Below, piece after piece: positions 1-12,070 of a stretch of DNA of 64,000 nucleotides. The notes beneath the pieces were generated by a model. It made no database searches, was not told the origin of the DNA, and worked only from the letters and a program-made list of their open reading frames with translations. Source of the stretch: Octopus sinensis (Eukaryota); the NCBI RefSeq assembly GCF_006345805.1, contig NC_043001.1, forward strand, positions 99,138,001 to 99,202,000, given 5' to 3'. The number at the start of each line of letters is the position of its first letter. Within the stretch, counting starts at the first letter, position 1. The position numbers and the translations under genes are program-made.

Positions 1-199
1 CGGGACCTACATATATATATATATATTCTTGTATCCTTGTGTTTGGATATAGACTACACTGTAATAGTGTTATAACACCACAAAAACTAAATCAATAACA
101 AAAATATAACAAACTTATATCTCTTCTCAATGATTTCAACTACCTTCACAAATGCAACTGCACACACCACACTGTACCTCACACTGTCAGTATGCATGC

Positions 200-407
200 A
201 CGCATATATATATATGAAGGGGAATATTCTTTATGTTGCATGTCTCGTTTCTCTGTTTTTTTCGTTGTTCGAAAAAAGTTTGTTTTGTTGTTTTTGCTTT
301 TATGTTTACGTTTCCCATTATGTTCAACGTTTTTTTGATGCCCTGTACCCATATATGCATGTATATATACATATATATGTGGGTATGTACATATATGTAT
401 GTATATA

Positions 408-461
<54 letters not shown>

Positions 462-475
462 CATACATACATACA
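200..475 (+). mobile_element. 5'-truncated copy of a non-coding interspersed element ending in a compound TA-rich tail (same family as 61340-61880, opposite orientation)
   Basis: GAAGGGGAATATT...CCTGTACCCATATATGCATGTATATATACATATATATGT matches the reverse complement of about 61400-61600. Confidence 0.75.
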
Positions 476-1026
476 TATAAGAGGGATGACCTGTAAGTGG
501 ACATCTATTATGCTAGAAGAAGATCTGCTATGGTCTTACCACTAAGAAAGGAATGTTCTCAAGAAACACGGTGGTAATGTGGGTGGTGGTGGTGGTGGTG
601 GTGGTTGCAGTAATGGTGCAAGTGATGATGGTAGCGATGTTGATAGTTGTTGGCGGATGTGTTAGTTCCTTGGTAGTTGTAGTGGATAGGAATTGATGAG
701 GGTTGATGGTGTGGTGGTTATTATTTTTTAGCCATGATTTTTGTGGCAGTGGCAGTGGTGGTGGTTTTTATTGTGTTAATGTTTTTGGTGGGCATGTGTG
801 CTAGTTGTAGCGAAGTTGATAGACAGTGTGGGAGTGTTGGTGCTTGAGATGATTGTGGTGTTGATAACTAGGATTGGTGTGTTAGTACTTGTAGTGATTT
901 TGCTGTTGATAGATGTAGTGGGAATTAATGTTCTGGAGAACATTCCTTTCTTAGTGGTATGACTATAGCGGATCTTTCTAGCATAATGGATGTCCACTTA
1001 CAGGTCATCCCTCTTATATGTATGTA
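468..1026. mobile_element. Foldback/MITE-like element with ~98-bp terminal inverted repeats around a GGT/GT-rich spacer
   Basis: 468-565 (TACATACATATAAGAGGGATGACCTGTAAGTGGACATC...GGAATGTTCTCAAGAA) is the reverse complement of 931-1026 at roughly 92% identity. Confidence 0.8.
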
Positions 1027-1329
1027 ATATAATTTTTTCTGAAACTTCAGATTTTTCAATATGCCAGACCATATTTGTTAATACAACATTATCTAGGCTA
1101 TCCAAAATTAGTGAAATTCCAGCAGGACATCTGAAAAATTACCACTTTATAAACACTGACAAAAAGAATGCCTAAATCGAATTCAACCTAAGACATCCCT
1201 TCATGAAATTAAAAAAATTAACATATTAAGTCATTCAACTATCACCACTATTAGTTATTTATTTACTCATTTAAACCTTTTATAAGAATTAACCTTATTT
1301 AATATTCGAAAAATTATTTTAATTAATAA

Positions 1330-2170
1330 TTGAAATATTTGAATGTCTTTCTAAATTTATGGCAACATCTTATTGTAAAGTGTCCATTAAAATTCAATAA
1401 AATTAATTTAGAAGTAACTATAGAATACATTTCTTTAAGGCAAAGATCACATGTAGAATTACCAATATCGTACAATGGTACATAACTAATAGTGGACCAC
1501 TTTAAACCGTACTTAATGTTCCTATCCTTTAAATTCCAAATGCATTTACTTTTTCTTCTATACTTTAATGAATGAGAGTGATTATAAAATCTAGATTTCC
1601 AAGTTGTAGCAGATGAACCAATATAATAATACTTATGATCTCTAGTTATTACTTTACACTGATATACTATATTTTTTCCTTAAACACTGATTTTCTAAAG
1701 GGCATACAATTTTAGACAATTACACAGGGATTTACTCACTTGTATTTGGTACTCATTGTTAAAAGAATTTCCACTAGTTCTCCTCTGCAAATTAGGTGTT
1801 AAGGTGGGATTATTATAATTACAATTAATATTAATGTTAGGTGAAAGCCTAGCTATATTATCAGAGCTGGAGTTTGTTGTTCAGAAAGAGTATCATTACA
1901 GTTAATTTCATTATACACAATATCTGTTCTACTTTTATTTATAGATTTAGAATTTAGATATTCCTTAATTCTCTCTTTGTGTGCTACTTTAATCTCAGCT
2001 AAATTTCTAGTGATTGAATACAAAAACTTTATACTATGTTGATTAAATAATTTCCCATATTTACTTGAAGATGGGAAATACTTATCTACTGCAGCAAAGA
2101 ATTTACAAGGGATATTTGAAGCTATTGAATATGAGAATGGAGTATTATACCATATAATATTCATTGATCT
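1330..2170 (-). pseudogene. Decayed Penelope-like element: RT C-terminal region plus GIY-YIG endonuclease
   Basis: Minus-strand NIIWYNTPFS...KFLYSITRN (ORF 1853-2164), then IIYIGSSATTWKSRFYNH (~1560-1630) and WST...CDLCLKE; stops and frameshifts. Confidence 0.8.
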
Positions 2171-3439
2171 ATTCTTTTATTATTTACATATAGCTTTTTG
2201 TTAGTATTACTTTTATTAAAATTGATTTTTTTCCAATCATAATTTTTATTCTTAAAATTGGTTGTTGTTGTTATTAATATTCATCGAACCACATATTTAG
2301 TATCTACAGATTTATACCTATACATACTAGCAGGACCCATGTATATTTTATAGAATTAATGGTAAACCTATTGGATTATTTCTGAAAACTTTATCCCAAA
2401 AACCTGAAAGCGTAGCCTGTGTTGTGTCTGTATGGAAAGTTAGTCGCTCATCTGCTACTTATTGAACAGTGAAAGAAATAAGAATACGATGATTAATTAA
2501 TGCGCTTTATATACTTTCTGCAAAATTTTATAGACTAATACATAGCACTCATAAAATAGATACTTATTCTTATTTTTCCATTTTCCCCATAAACAAACAA
2601 CAAAAAATATCCCATACATATGATACAATCTTTAGTTAAATTGCATATATCTGCCATATAAATAAGCATGAATATCTCATGGAATTGCACTTATGTGCAT
2701 GTGTTAAGTGATATAAAAACTTAAAACAATTTTAAAAAATACACTTTTCACTATCCAATCACCACTGCCATCTCTTCTACCACCACCACCACCACCACCA
2801 CCACTGCCATCATTATCATCTCTTTCCCCGCTTTCCCTCCTCCCCTCTTTCTTTTTTTTTTCTCTCTCTCTCTCTCTCTCTTCTCTGGCTTTCTTTAATC
2901 TCACCATCAGAACATCACCCCTCTGCTAAATTTTTAACTCTCCTCCTCTACCTTCCATTATGTTTTTTAACCATGTAATAAATATTACGTTCCCCCTACT
3001 ATACATCATGGACGCTTCTCTCGCCCTCTTCTTTCTCCCTCCTTTGCTTATCCTATTTTTCAACTTTTTCTTCTCTCTTTTCCTTCAACTAATCATGTGA
3101 AAGCGTTACAATTACATTCCCTCTACTTCACATCATGGACACTTCTCCCTCTTTTTCTCTAATCATGTGAAAGCATTACTGACGGGCTAAGTAACACAAT
3201 GACAAGTAAAATTATTAGATGTTCATCTTCAATAATTAGTTTTTTGCCTATCACATTTGTATCATTATTGCTTTTTCTTTTATTTAGCTTAGTTAAAGAT
3301 TGTTTAATGTATTTATTTCTATCTGAATTTTTAGAAGTATTCATATTCAACTTTATCTAAATTTTTAGTTTTATATACTCCCTATTAATTTTCAACTTAT
3401 CCAAAATTCTATCATTTCCTTGAATTTTATTACTATGAT

Positions 3440-3745
3440 TCTGAGGACAGTGCAGAGGATCTGGAAAGGGTTGGATGAGTCTAATGGGGATTACAAAGGT
3501 ACAGCAGCTTAGAAAGCTCACTCTGATCATTATGATAGGAAAAGAACTCCTGAATTTGTTGATGAGATCTAGGCCATGATTGACAACGATCCTTCCAAGT
3601 CAGTCTGGTTCAAGTCAGTCATGTCGCCAGGGACATGGGAGTGTCTGAGTTTCTTATCAGACAGGTAGTGCATGAAGATATTTAGTTTTCCTCAGACAAG
3701 AAAAATTTTTGCCAGGATTGGTTGGTGAACACACAGAACAACCAT
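3440..3745 (+). pseudogene. N-terminal fragment of a Tc1/mariner-superfamily (maT-like) transposase
   Basis: LRTVQRIWKGLDESNGDY...KRTPEFVDEI*AMIDNDPSKS...ARDMGVSEFLIRQVVHEDI*FSSDKKNF (HTH plus decayed FSDEK motif). Confidence 0.65.
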
Positions 3746-3759
3746 TGGCTTGCTGTTAA

Positions 3760-6070
3760 GATAGGCTCGGTCCCCTTCCTTACTCCCCAAATTACCTCTG
3801 CTTCTTCTACCACTCCCCAAATTCCTTCAGTTACTTACAACTCTTCAACCATATCTCTCCCTGCTTTGAGAACATGCGCCTCACATTTATCCTCTTTGAG
3901 GTCATTGTCCTTAATGACTTCAATAGAACTATTCTTGCCTCTGATACTCACCTGATACTAATTCTGCTGATATGGAAATAAAATCTTCACAATATTCAAC
4001 TCTGTATATCAATTAATATCATCCTCCATGCACATCCCTGAATCTTACAGACAATCCAGATACTCTGATATTTTTCCCACCTTCAATTCCACACTCTACC
4101 AAACTGTTGTAATCTCTGCCTATCTGGTCATCTGACAGCAAATACCCTCCATGTACCTGCATATTATTCAATGCTCCCTTACCTTCACTTGCAGCTTTAT
4201 CAGTTCTATGGTAATTAACCCTGGCAGCACATGTGCTTTACTCATAGCACATTAACCCTTTCATTACCAACCCAGCTGAAACAGGCTCTGGCTCTGAGTA
4301 CAAATGTCTTGTTTTCATAAGTTTTGAATTAAAATCTTCCACCAAACCTTAGTCACCATTTATGTTCCTAACACTAGCTGAATGATAAACTAAGTCATTT
4401 TACTAAATTCTTTGTTATATTTGAAGCAATTGAAAGAAACACAGAGCATCTTAAAATAAATACAGTAATGAAAGGGTTAAATACAGCTAAGACTGAAACT
4501 ATCCTCTTGGGATTTTCCTTCCACATTCCTCACATTACACCAAAACTCATCATCCTGAATCTTCCAAGTAGTTCACTCAGCTACTCTGCAGCAATTCAGA
4601 CAAAGAACACCACTGTTGATACTTAGAAAAAATCACCCAACCCTCCATACAAACTGGATGACTTTTATTCAGTACAGCAATTCTTTCAAAATTATTATCT
4701 GAAATGTGTGCAGCTGATTCTTTTAAATCCTTGTGAAAAGTATCATCAACTTTGTGGGATCCTCCCCAATGATTCTGTAAACATCCATATTTGCTGTCAT
4801 CATTGCATTTAATTCACTTCACACTCTATGTAAACATCCTTCAAAAGTATTCCTTTCCACTCCCGTAAGCTCACCACCACACGCATATAAATACCAACTG
4901 TAAACATACTTCCTATCATGTCAAACCAATTAGGTCTCCAGTCCTGACAAGATTCTTTCCATTACTCTTACACAATGTACTCCAAAGCTAATCCCTATCT
5001 TCATTAAACTCTTCATCACTTTTCCTTCCTCCCTCTATCTCTGTCTTTCTCTCAGTAAATCACAGTCTTTGGAAACATGCTACAGTGTGTCTTATTTCCA
5101 AGAAGGGTAACTGCTATGACCCTGATATCCATCATCCTATCATACTCATTTCCAGTAAGTATGATAGGATGGCAGATATCAAAGTTGATTGAGACAGCCA
5201 TTAATCATCCTCAATATGTTAAATCTCTTTTCCTTTTTTATAATAACCACAAATGCAGCTTTTGTAAAGCCGAATCTACTGGACATCTACTCTTCTATGT
5301 TATACACTAGGAAACAAACACTTGCTCTCAAGAAATTTGATGATAATGGTGTCATTGCACTTAACATCAGCAAAGTATTTGACTATGTCTGGCATGAAAA
5401 CCTCCTAGAAAAACTGTCCACTTATAGTCTTCATCCCTCTCTTGTTAAATTGTGGTATGTAGTGATAGAGTTCTCTGTCACCAAAACTCTTTAAACTTTG
5501 GTGCACAGCCAAAGGTCAGTTTGTTCTCTACATTCTTCTTCCTATACACCAAGGACCTGTTTGCTACTGCCTCCAACAATGTCTGCTCCTTCACATATGA
5601 TATCCCACCATCCTTCATACCTAGGTATCTTCTGCACCTAGGTATCAATCATGTTACAACCTAGATACTTCAGGCCAAATCTGCACTGACTCTGTGAACA
5701 GAGACTATGAAATATCCTCCATTACAGTCGTACCAATCTTTATTCTTTTGAAAGCATAATGTAACGAATCACCATCCATATCAAGAAAACATTATTGTAC
5801 CTCCCTCACCTTGCAATCCCTCAAGGTTGGTACAAATGTTCTGGTTCACTGTCACTGATGATCTCTTTTGGTGATCACACATTCTTCACATAGAAATATT
5901 GCATTAAAATGACTGCCCTTTGTCTTTAGAACCACAAAATATTTCATTCCTTAACAACTGCTAACCCTTTACAAAGCTTAAGTAAAGCTTAACTGCTAAC
6001 TCTTTACAAAGCTTAAGTACAAATGAAGTACTGCTCTTGCATGTGGCACAGTGCTGCTGCAACTACATAA
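3760..6070 (+). pseudogene. Heavily decayed LINE ORF2 (endonuclease plus RT), CR1/Jockey-group-like
   Basis: EN-like VIVLNDFN near 3900; RT motif VIALNISKVFDYVWHENLLEKL (5350-5420); C-terminal LYKA..MKYCSCMW near 6000. Confidence 0.65.
4256..4476. mobile_element. piggyBac-type MITE (221 bp) inserted into the LINE relic
   Basis: TTAA|CCCTTTCATTAC ... GTAATGAAAGGG|TTAA: perfect 12-bp TIR and TTAA TSD. Confidence 0.85.
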
Positions 6071-6599
6071 ATAGACGTCCTAGATTGTAGTGAAAAGGAA
6101 CCACTTGACTGAAACAAATAAAAGATAAATGAATTACACATTTGTAAACACTATTTCAGGACCCAAGCCAATGTCACTCAAAATACTAGAAACTGCAGCT
6201 AAATCTTCCTCAAATCCCACACTACCATTTTAAAAAAGAAAGGATTCTGTTGTGGGAAATGAAAAGAGGTTCACCTACCTTCCTCTCTTGTCTGCATCTG
6301 TCTAGTAGTAGTCACTCCAGTGATCCTGCCCCACCTTGTCACCCAGTATAAACAGCTGCTGTCTAATCCGGGAGTGAATTCCGACGCCAGTTCACGATGC
6401 CTCGGTGGGCAAGAAGAGGCTGAACCTGTCCTGTCTCAACCCACACTTCCCTTCTCATACTTCCTCTTCCAGTCAATCCCTTGACCATTGATGTCATGGC
6501 CCTCTTCTTCCAGCTCATCCCCATATGCCCTCCTGATCTCAAAGATCACCTCCTCACTTCACTCATGTTGAAATCTACCACCTTCTTGGTTGGGTGCCT

Positions 6600-7440
6600 T
6601 GTATGTTGTGAACTTCTTAAACTGGGAGCCTCATTCTCTTCTTCTTTTCTATAATCATCATCTGACAAAGCGACAATCCTACAAACATCCAAGACTTGAC
6701 GCAGCATTCCATCCACAGAAATGTTGTTTTCGGAATTGACAGCCATCACTATTCCTGTTCCATTGAGTTGTGCAGTGTGCTTTTGGTGGCTTCACCCAGA
6801 CTTCATCACCCACCTCCACAAAGTCAGGCCCTCTCTCTTCTACAGAGCATCTCGATAGTTAACTCGAATGCCGCCATTCATATTTGAATATCGCTCTATG
6901 TGGTACAGACTCTTTGGCCTGTCCTGATTGGAGTGACATGTTATACCAGAACACTGCTTCCAGCAATGAGACATGTCTTCTCTCTGCCATAACCTTGATC
7001 GTTTGATGATGGTTCTCCACAATCCCATTTCCACTCAACCTGTATGCCACTCAGAAAAAGTGGTGCACTTTCCACCTGTCAAGCATTTCCTTCAGCGCCT
7101 CCACACAAAATGCTGTGCTGTTGTCCATCAGCAATTTGTCCACAAGGCCCCGCTCTAAGAATACCTCATTTAGAATATGTGCCATCTCATCTGCAGTGTC
7201 TGCCCACAATTCCCTCCAAATGGCCATCCAGCCCGGCCCACAATCGACCATCAAGAGATATGTCCCCTGCCACTTCTGATTATGCACATCCGGACCACAG
7301 TTGATAGATTGACACCTGTCGCAGTTTCTGACCACCTTTTGGATGCTGTCTGCTAATGTCGGTCAATCCTCCTGGCAAGATACAGGGTCCTATCCATGCC
7401 AATATGATGCATGGCATGCAGTCACCTTAGCTTGGAGTCA
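6600..7440 (-). pseudogene. Integrase (HHCC, rve core, C-terminal part), disrupted
   Basis: HHIGMDRT...CDRCQSI...MVDCGP...LLMDNSTAF...GNGIVENHHQTIK...VWVKPP; the segment carrying the first catalytic Asp appears deleted. Confidence 0.85.
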
Positions 7441-7529
7441 TTTAACTGACACACCACAGCTACTCCTTGCTTCAATTCTTCTGGCTCCCCTAAACAGGCC
7501 TTTTTTTAACCCTAGCTACAATTCCGGGT

Positions 7530-8175
7530 AATATGACCATTCTGTTTGCACCAGTAGCAAACTGGTCCAGGCTCTGTGCAATCCTTGGCACTTAAAACAC
7601 CGGCCTGTGAATGGCTGCTGTCATTCTACAGCAGGCCTCTTTTCGTCCTTCACTGGCCATTGCACAGCATCACAGGGTTCTGCAGCTGCTGTCATCACTA
7701 CTTTCTGCCTGGTGTTTTGTGTCAACGGGTGGGCTTCAATGATAAGCTTGCTCATCACCATTTTGTTGCCGCCTGGCAAATGTTGTAGTTGCACCGACAC
7801 ATCATCGGGAAAGTCATTCACAAAGGCCAGTCGCACTACTTTCTCAAGTCCCTCACCAGACAACACAACCGGCCTCCGTACCTCTGCAGTGTATTTATCG
7901 TCCTGTTCCCCTCTCCATCTGATTATTCCCAGCTTAGCAAAAGCGGCACACTCTCCATATATGTAAGCCTCTCTCAAGCGTTGCCTGATCTTCGCTGCAC
8001 TCGGTTGTTCTTCTGCATCCATTTCAAGGTACAGTGTCAGTGCACTCCCCTCCAAATACAGCGCCATGAGGCACACTACATCTTCAGTGCCTTGTAGCCT
8101 GGCCACAACTTTGACCTTTTGAATCCAGGCTACTACATCACCTTCACCTTAGAAAGGTCTGATGACATTGCTGTC
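7530..8175 (-). pseudogene. gag with two zinc-knuckle remnants
   Basis: GEGDVVAWIQKVKVVARLQGTEDVVCLMALYLEGSAL... (ORF 7621-8106), then CFKCQGLH and CYWCKQNGHITRNC. Confidence 0.8.
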
Positions 8176-9197
8176 GATCCTTATCTTCGCTGCTATCATA
8201 TATCAAGGAGACAACGACATTTGTATACAATTGCCGAAATAGCTTGTCGTGCATGGAAAATGAAAAGAGATTCATTTACCTTCCTTTCTTGTCTGTGTCT
8301 GTCTGGTAGTAGTCATTCTGGCAATCCTGCCCTATCCAGTCACCTATCTGACCAACCTAGGAGTGAATTCCCTGACATCTGTTCATGATGCTTCAGTGGG
8401 CAAGAAGAGGCTGACCCTGCCCTGTCTCCCCTGCACTTCCCTTCTCATGCTTCCTCTTCCGGTCAGTCCCTTGACCATTGACGTCATGGCGCTCTTCTTC
8501 CAGCTCATCCCCACAGCTTCATTGAATAATCTAGTCTTAGATATACAAAAGATGAGAGATTTATGGCTGAAATGCCTTTACTCATAGGCCTACTCAACAA
8601 GATCTGCCACGGAATTAAACAACAATAATGGAGGTATTAAAAAATTATTTTAAAAAAACAACTTAATGATAGGAATTGAATTACAAATCTTGTACAGATA
8701 AGTGTACTATTACATCTGACCAAATTCATGTCTTTTTTTTTCAAGCTAATCTTGAAAAGTTTGTCTACAGTTGTAAGCATTTAGCTCAAAAGAAACTTAC
8801 ATATATATTTCGTCAGGAATTTTCTCAGGAATTTAGTCAGTTGGAGTTTTTTTTTTCAATACAAAAAGATATCCGTCATTCAGTGTATAGACAAAAATAC
8901 CCTCTCATAGTGTGAATAATTCATAAATTAATGTACAAGTTTTTTTTTTTTGCATTTGTTTTTGTTACATATATAAACAATATCTAAAGGTGTGTGTTTG
9001 TAACAACAGGTCTTCTGCTGACAGAAATCAGGCCATACATTACTCACTTGCCTAGATTAGGTGTGAGCTCCTTGACTGTTATTGTGACACACATTCCTAC
9101 ATTTATTGCCTATGACATCTCGGTTGCATTGGTTTGGGATGAAGTCAGGGCAATATTTCACTAAATTCTAAAACTAAACACAAGAATAATACTATTA

Positions 9198-9523
9198 CAA
9201 ACTCTCAAATGAATTCAAAACAAGTACTAGAACAAATACACTGTAATAAGCTTGAGAACATAGAATAAACACTCGAATAACACTAAAATAACACTAGAAC
9301 AATACTTTAACAAATTAATAAAGGAACACTAGGAAAAAAGCAAACACTTAAACAATGCTGCAAACTCTCAAATGAATTCAAAACAAGTACTAGAACAAAT
9401 ACACTGTAATAAGCTTGAGAACATAGAATAAACACTCGAATAACACTAAAATAACACTAGAACAATACTTTAACAAATTAATAAAGGAACACTAGGAAAA
9501 AAGCAAACACTTAAACAATGCTG
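9198..9523. repeat. Perfect 163-bp tandem duplication
   Basis: 9198-9360 identical to 9361-9523 by eye. Confidence 0.9.
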
Positions 9524-10019
9524 AAAACAAATGTTAAATTAATACTTGTGTAAATACTTGAACAAACATTAAACAGGACACTCAAATAAATAGAAAGCAG
9601 TAGCACAATACACCCTAGTTGCTGGAGAGAGTGTTTTTTTTATAGCTGAACAGTTCCATCTTGTCAACTTTAATTATTTCAACAGTGAAATGAGAGGAAT
9701 AGCAATGGGAAAGAAAAGCAGATTAATTGTAAAGTAGAAGGATCTGAGGAAACTAATGATAGCCTGTATCAGCAAATAGTACAAAAAGTAACATGGAATA
9801 AGTTAGTTATTCCTTTAGAGGAATGTAAGCTTTGTCTTATGCTAATGGAAAAATACAATGGTTGTAGCAAGGTCTGAGCTCATAGCCATGTCTATATTCC
9901 AACATCTTAAAATCACAGTTCTTAAATGAGTATCCATTGCTCAGTCTGCTGCCATCTATTGCTTCTTTTTTCTGATATCCTCATAATTATCACTTGATCT
10001 GTGGACACCTATTATTTGT

Positions 10020-10430
10020 TCTGAAGATGTCAGCTGCTTGATATGCTGACATTTACTGTTTGTTCCTCTAACATCTATGTTTTGATCCTCTGGTATCTAC
10101 AGCTTGACCCACTAACATCTGCTACTTGGTCCTCTGGTATCTACAGCTTGATGTGCTGGCATTTGCCACTTGATCCTTTAGCATTTACTGCTTAATTTTT
10201 GACATTTACTTCCTGATCCACTGATATCTATAAGTTGATCTACTGACATGTACTTAATGATAATGTGACATCTGCTGTTTGAGCTGTTGATATTTGCCAT
10301 TTAATCCTCTGGTATATACTGCCAGATCTACTGACATCTATGGCTTGATCTGTAAATATCCACTACTTGATCCTCTGACAACTACTGTTTTATCTGCTGT
10401 TTGATCTGTTAACATATACTGCTTGATTCT
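10020..10430. repeat. Degenerate ~22-bp minisatellite (about 18 units)
   Basis: Units such as CTTGACCCACTAACATCTGCTA, CTTGGTCCTCTGGTATCTACAG, CTTGATGTGCTGGCATTTGCCA, CTTGATCCTTTAGCATTTACTG. Confidence 0.75.
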
Positions 10431-11070
10431 CTTATAAACCTTGCTTATAAGTGGTGAATTGGCTTAGACACTTGAACACAGTTAAAACAAATGTCTTGTA
10501 GTATTTGTTCCAACTCAGTGTACTGTGAGTTCAAATCCTATCAAGTCAACTCTGTCTTAGATCCTTCCTTTCAAAGTCAATAAAGTACCAGTCTAATAAT
10601 AGGGTCACTTCTTTCTCTCTCTCCATATATATATATATATATCAGACATTGGCTATGACCAGACCTACAGTGCGATAGGTCCTATCAGGCTAAATAGTCA
10701 AAGCAAGATGAGTGTCATAACATCATTATGAATCCATTATGACTGAGGGCTCAAAGAAAGCAGGATCTGTTGCTTGATGTTGAGCACCAAGAGAACCCTG
10801 ACAGAACAGATGTATTTTACTTGATCAAGGACATTACAACCCTGATTATTCCATCTTTTTAGGAGTATCTAGGACTACATTATTTAATATGGTATGGTGT
10901 GATTTGAAGTAAAGTTGGCTGCTATTTCCCATAGGTTGAACAATCATGTAAGGGTTCTTGTTGGCTAATGTTTTTGAGTGTGTGGTAGGGATAATGTGTA
11001 TATGTATGTGTGTGGGTGATTAAATTATGTTAGTTTACATTTTTATCTTTAGATAACTTTAATACCTGTT

Positions 11071-11094
11071 TTGCCTTTTTCCTTTCCTGAACAG
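11071..11094 (+). promoter_or_regulatory. 3' splice acceptor of the FDXR exon
   Basis: TTGCCTTTTTCCTTTCCTGAACAG immediately before the coding match. Confidence 0.85.
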
Positions 11095-11190
11095 GGAGAT
11101 GCATCTGTAGAAGTGGATATTTATGAACGTCTTCCAGTGCCTTTTGGATTAGTTCGATATGGGGTGGCACCTGACCACCCTGAAGTAAAA
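11095..11190 (+). CDS. FDXR: Internal coding exon (phase 0/0) of mitochondrial NADPH:adrenodoxin oxidoreductase (ferredoxin reductase)
   Basis: Translates [32 protein letters not shown], matching the FDXR signature [26 protein letters not shown]; preceded by polypyrimidine tract and TGAACAG, followed by GCAAGT. Confidence 0.93.
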
Positions 11191-11196
11191 GCAAGT
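11191..11196 (+). promoter_or_regulatory. Probable non-canonical GC 5' splice donor
   Basis: AAA|GCAAGT exactly where FDXR homology ends (EVK|); the nearest GT (GTATTC, 4 nt on) is a poor donor and out of phase. Confidence 0.7.
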
Positions 11197-11919
11197 ATTC
11201 TATATATATTTTAAATTCTTTTTAATTCTATATATATTAAATTCTATTTTTGAAAATGTTAGTGTTCAAACTATTCACATCTATCTTGTTTTGTTGTTGT
11301 GTAGTCCTTAATGAACCCTGATTTAGCAGACCTAGATCTTTCTTTTCTTTTTCTCAGGTATATCACATTCAAGACTACATTCAATGTGTCCCTTCTTTTT
11401 AAAGAGAGTTGGGCATCATTGGAGACATATCTTGCTGCTATTTCTTGCAAATTGACTTAATACATAAAGGCTTCCTTTAGGCTTGTACAAGTTTTACTTA
11501 TTGTTTATCCTTAGTCAGCTCTGGTTGTGTAGATGTTTGATTAAGGCCTTCCAACCATGACCATCTCATCTTTTAGTATATCAAAGACATATTTGTGGTG
11601 CTTGGCGAGGAGTATCAAATCAAAGTGCACTATGGATTTTCAAAAATATAATATAAGGCTTTAGAAAATTCATACTAATCAGTTGCAGATGTATGACTGT
11701 ATGGTTAAGAAGCTTGCTTCCCAACCATGTCGTCTTGGGTTTAGTCACACTGTTTGGAATCTTGAGCAAATGTCTTCTACTATACCCCCAAGCTCATTCT
11801 GGGAATATGACAAATTTACTTTTATCAAACCACCAAGCTGGGCATAGCCATTACTTATAAGTGTGTATGACTGGATATAAGTACTATGCTCATTGTTTTG
11901 ATAAAAATGAGTTGTGCCT

Positions 11920-12070
11920 GCAATTCCATGTCATGCTGAATTTCCCTGAGAACTACATTAATGGTATGTGTGTCTCTGGAGTGCTCAGCCACTTGCATGG
12001 TAATTTCACGAGCAAGCAGGTTGTTATGTTGATTGGACCAACTGGAACCCTCATCGTTGTAACTGATAGA
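11920..12070 (-). mobile_element. SINE body fragment (third SINE family)
   Basis: Minus strand GCTCGTGAAATTACCATGCAAGTGGCTGAGCACTCCAGAGACAC...GTAGTTCTCAGGGAAATTCAGC, recalled as a common octopus SINE body. Confidence 0.5.

Larger units (their letters stand above)
6248..8515 (-). mobile_element. Ty3/Gypsy-type LTR element, 2.27 kb, with gag and integrase only
   Basis: Direct LTRs 6248-6525 and 8245-8515 (about 80% identical, TG..CA-type ends), flanks GATTC/GCTTC, purine-rich tract next to the 3' LTR, gag and integrase homology between the LTRs. Confidence 0.88.

Noticed and set aside
130-504. Several 87-116-aa ORFs (YIYIYI, etc.), and similar ones at 13379-13869, 18760-19313, 37378-37894, 41269-41842, 48749-49166
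   Set aside because: They are translations of di- and trinucleotide microsatellites, with no domain similarity
10020-10430. 22-bp array as a coding repeat or CRISPR
   Set aside because: Period is not a multiple of three, there are no spacers, and the context is eukaryotic intron
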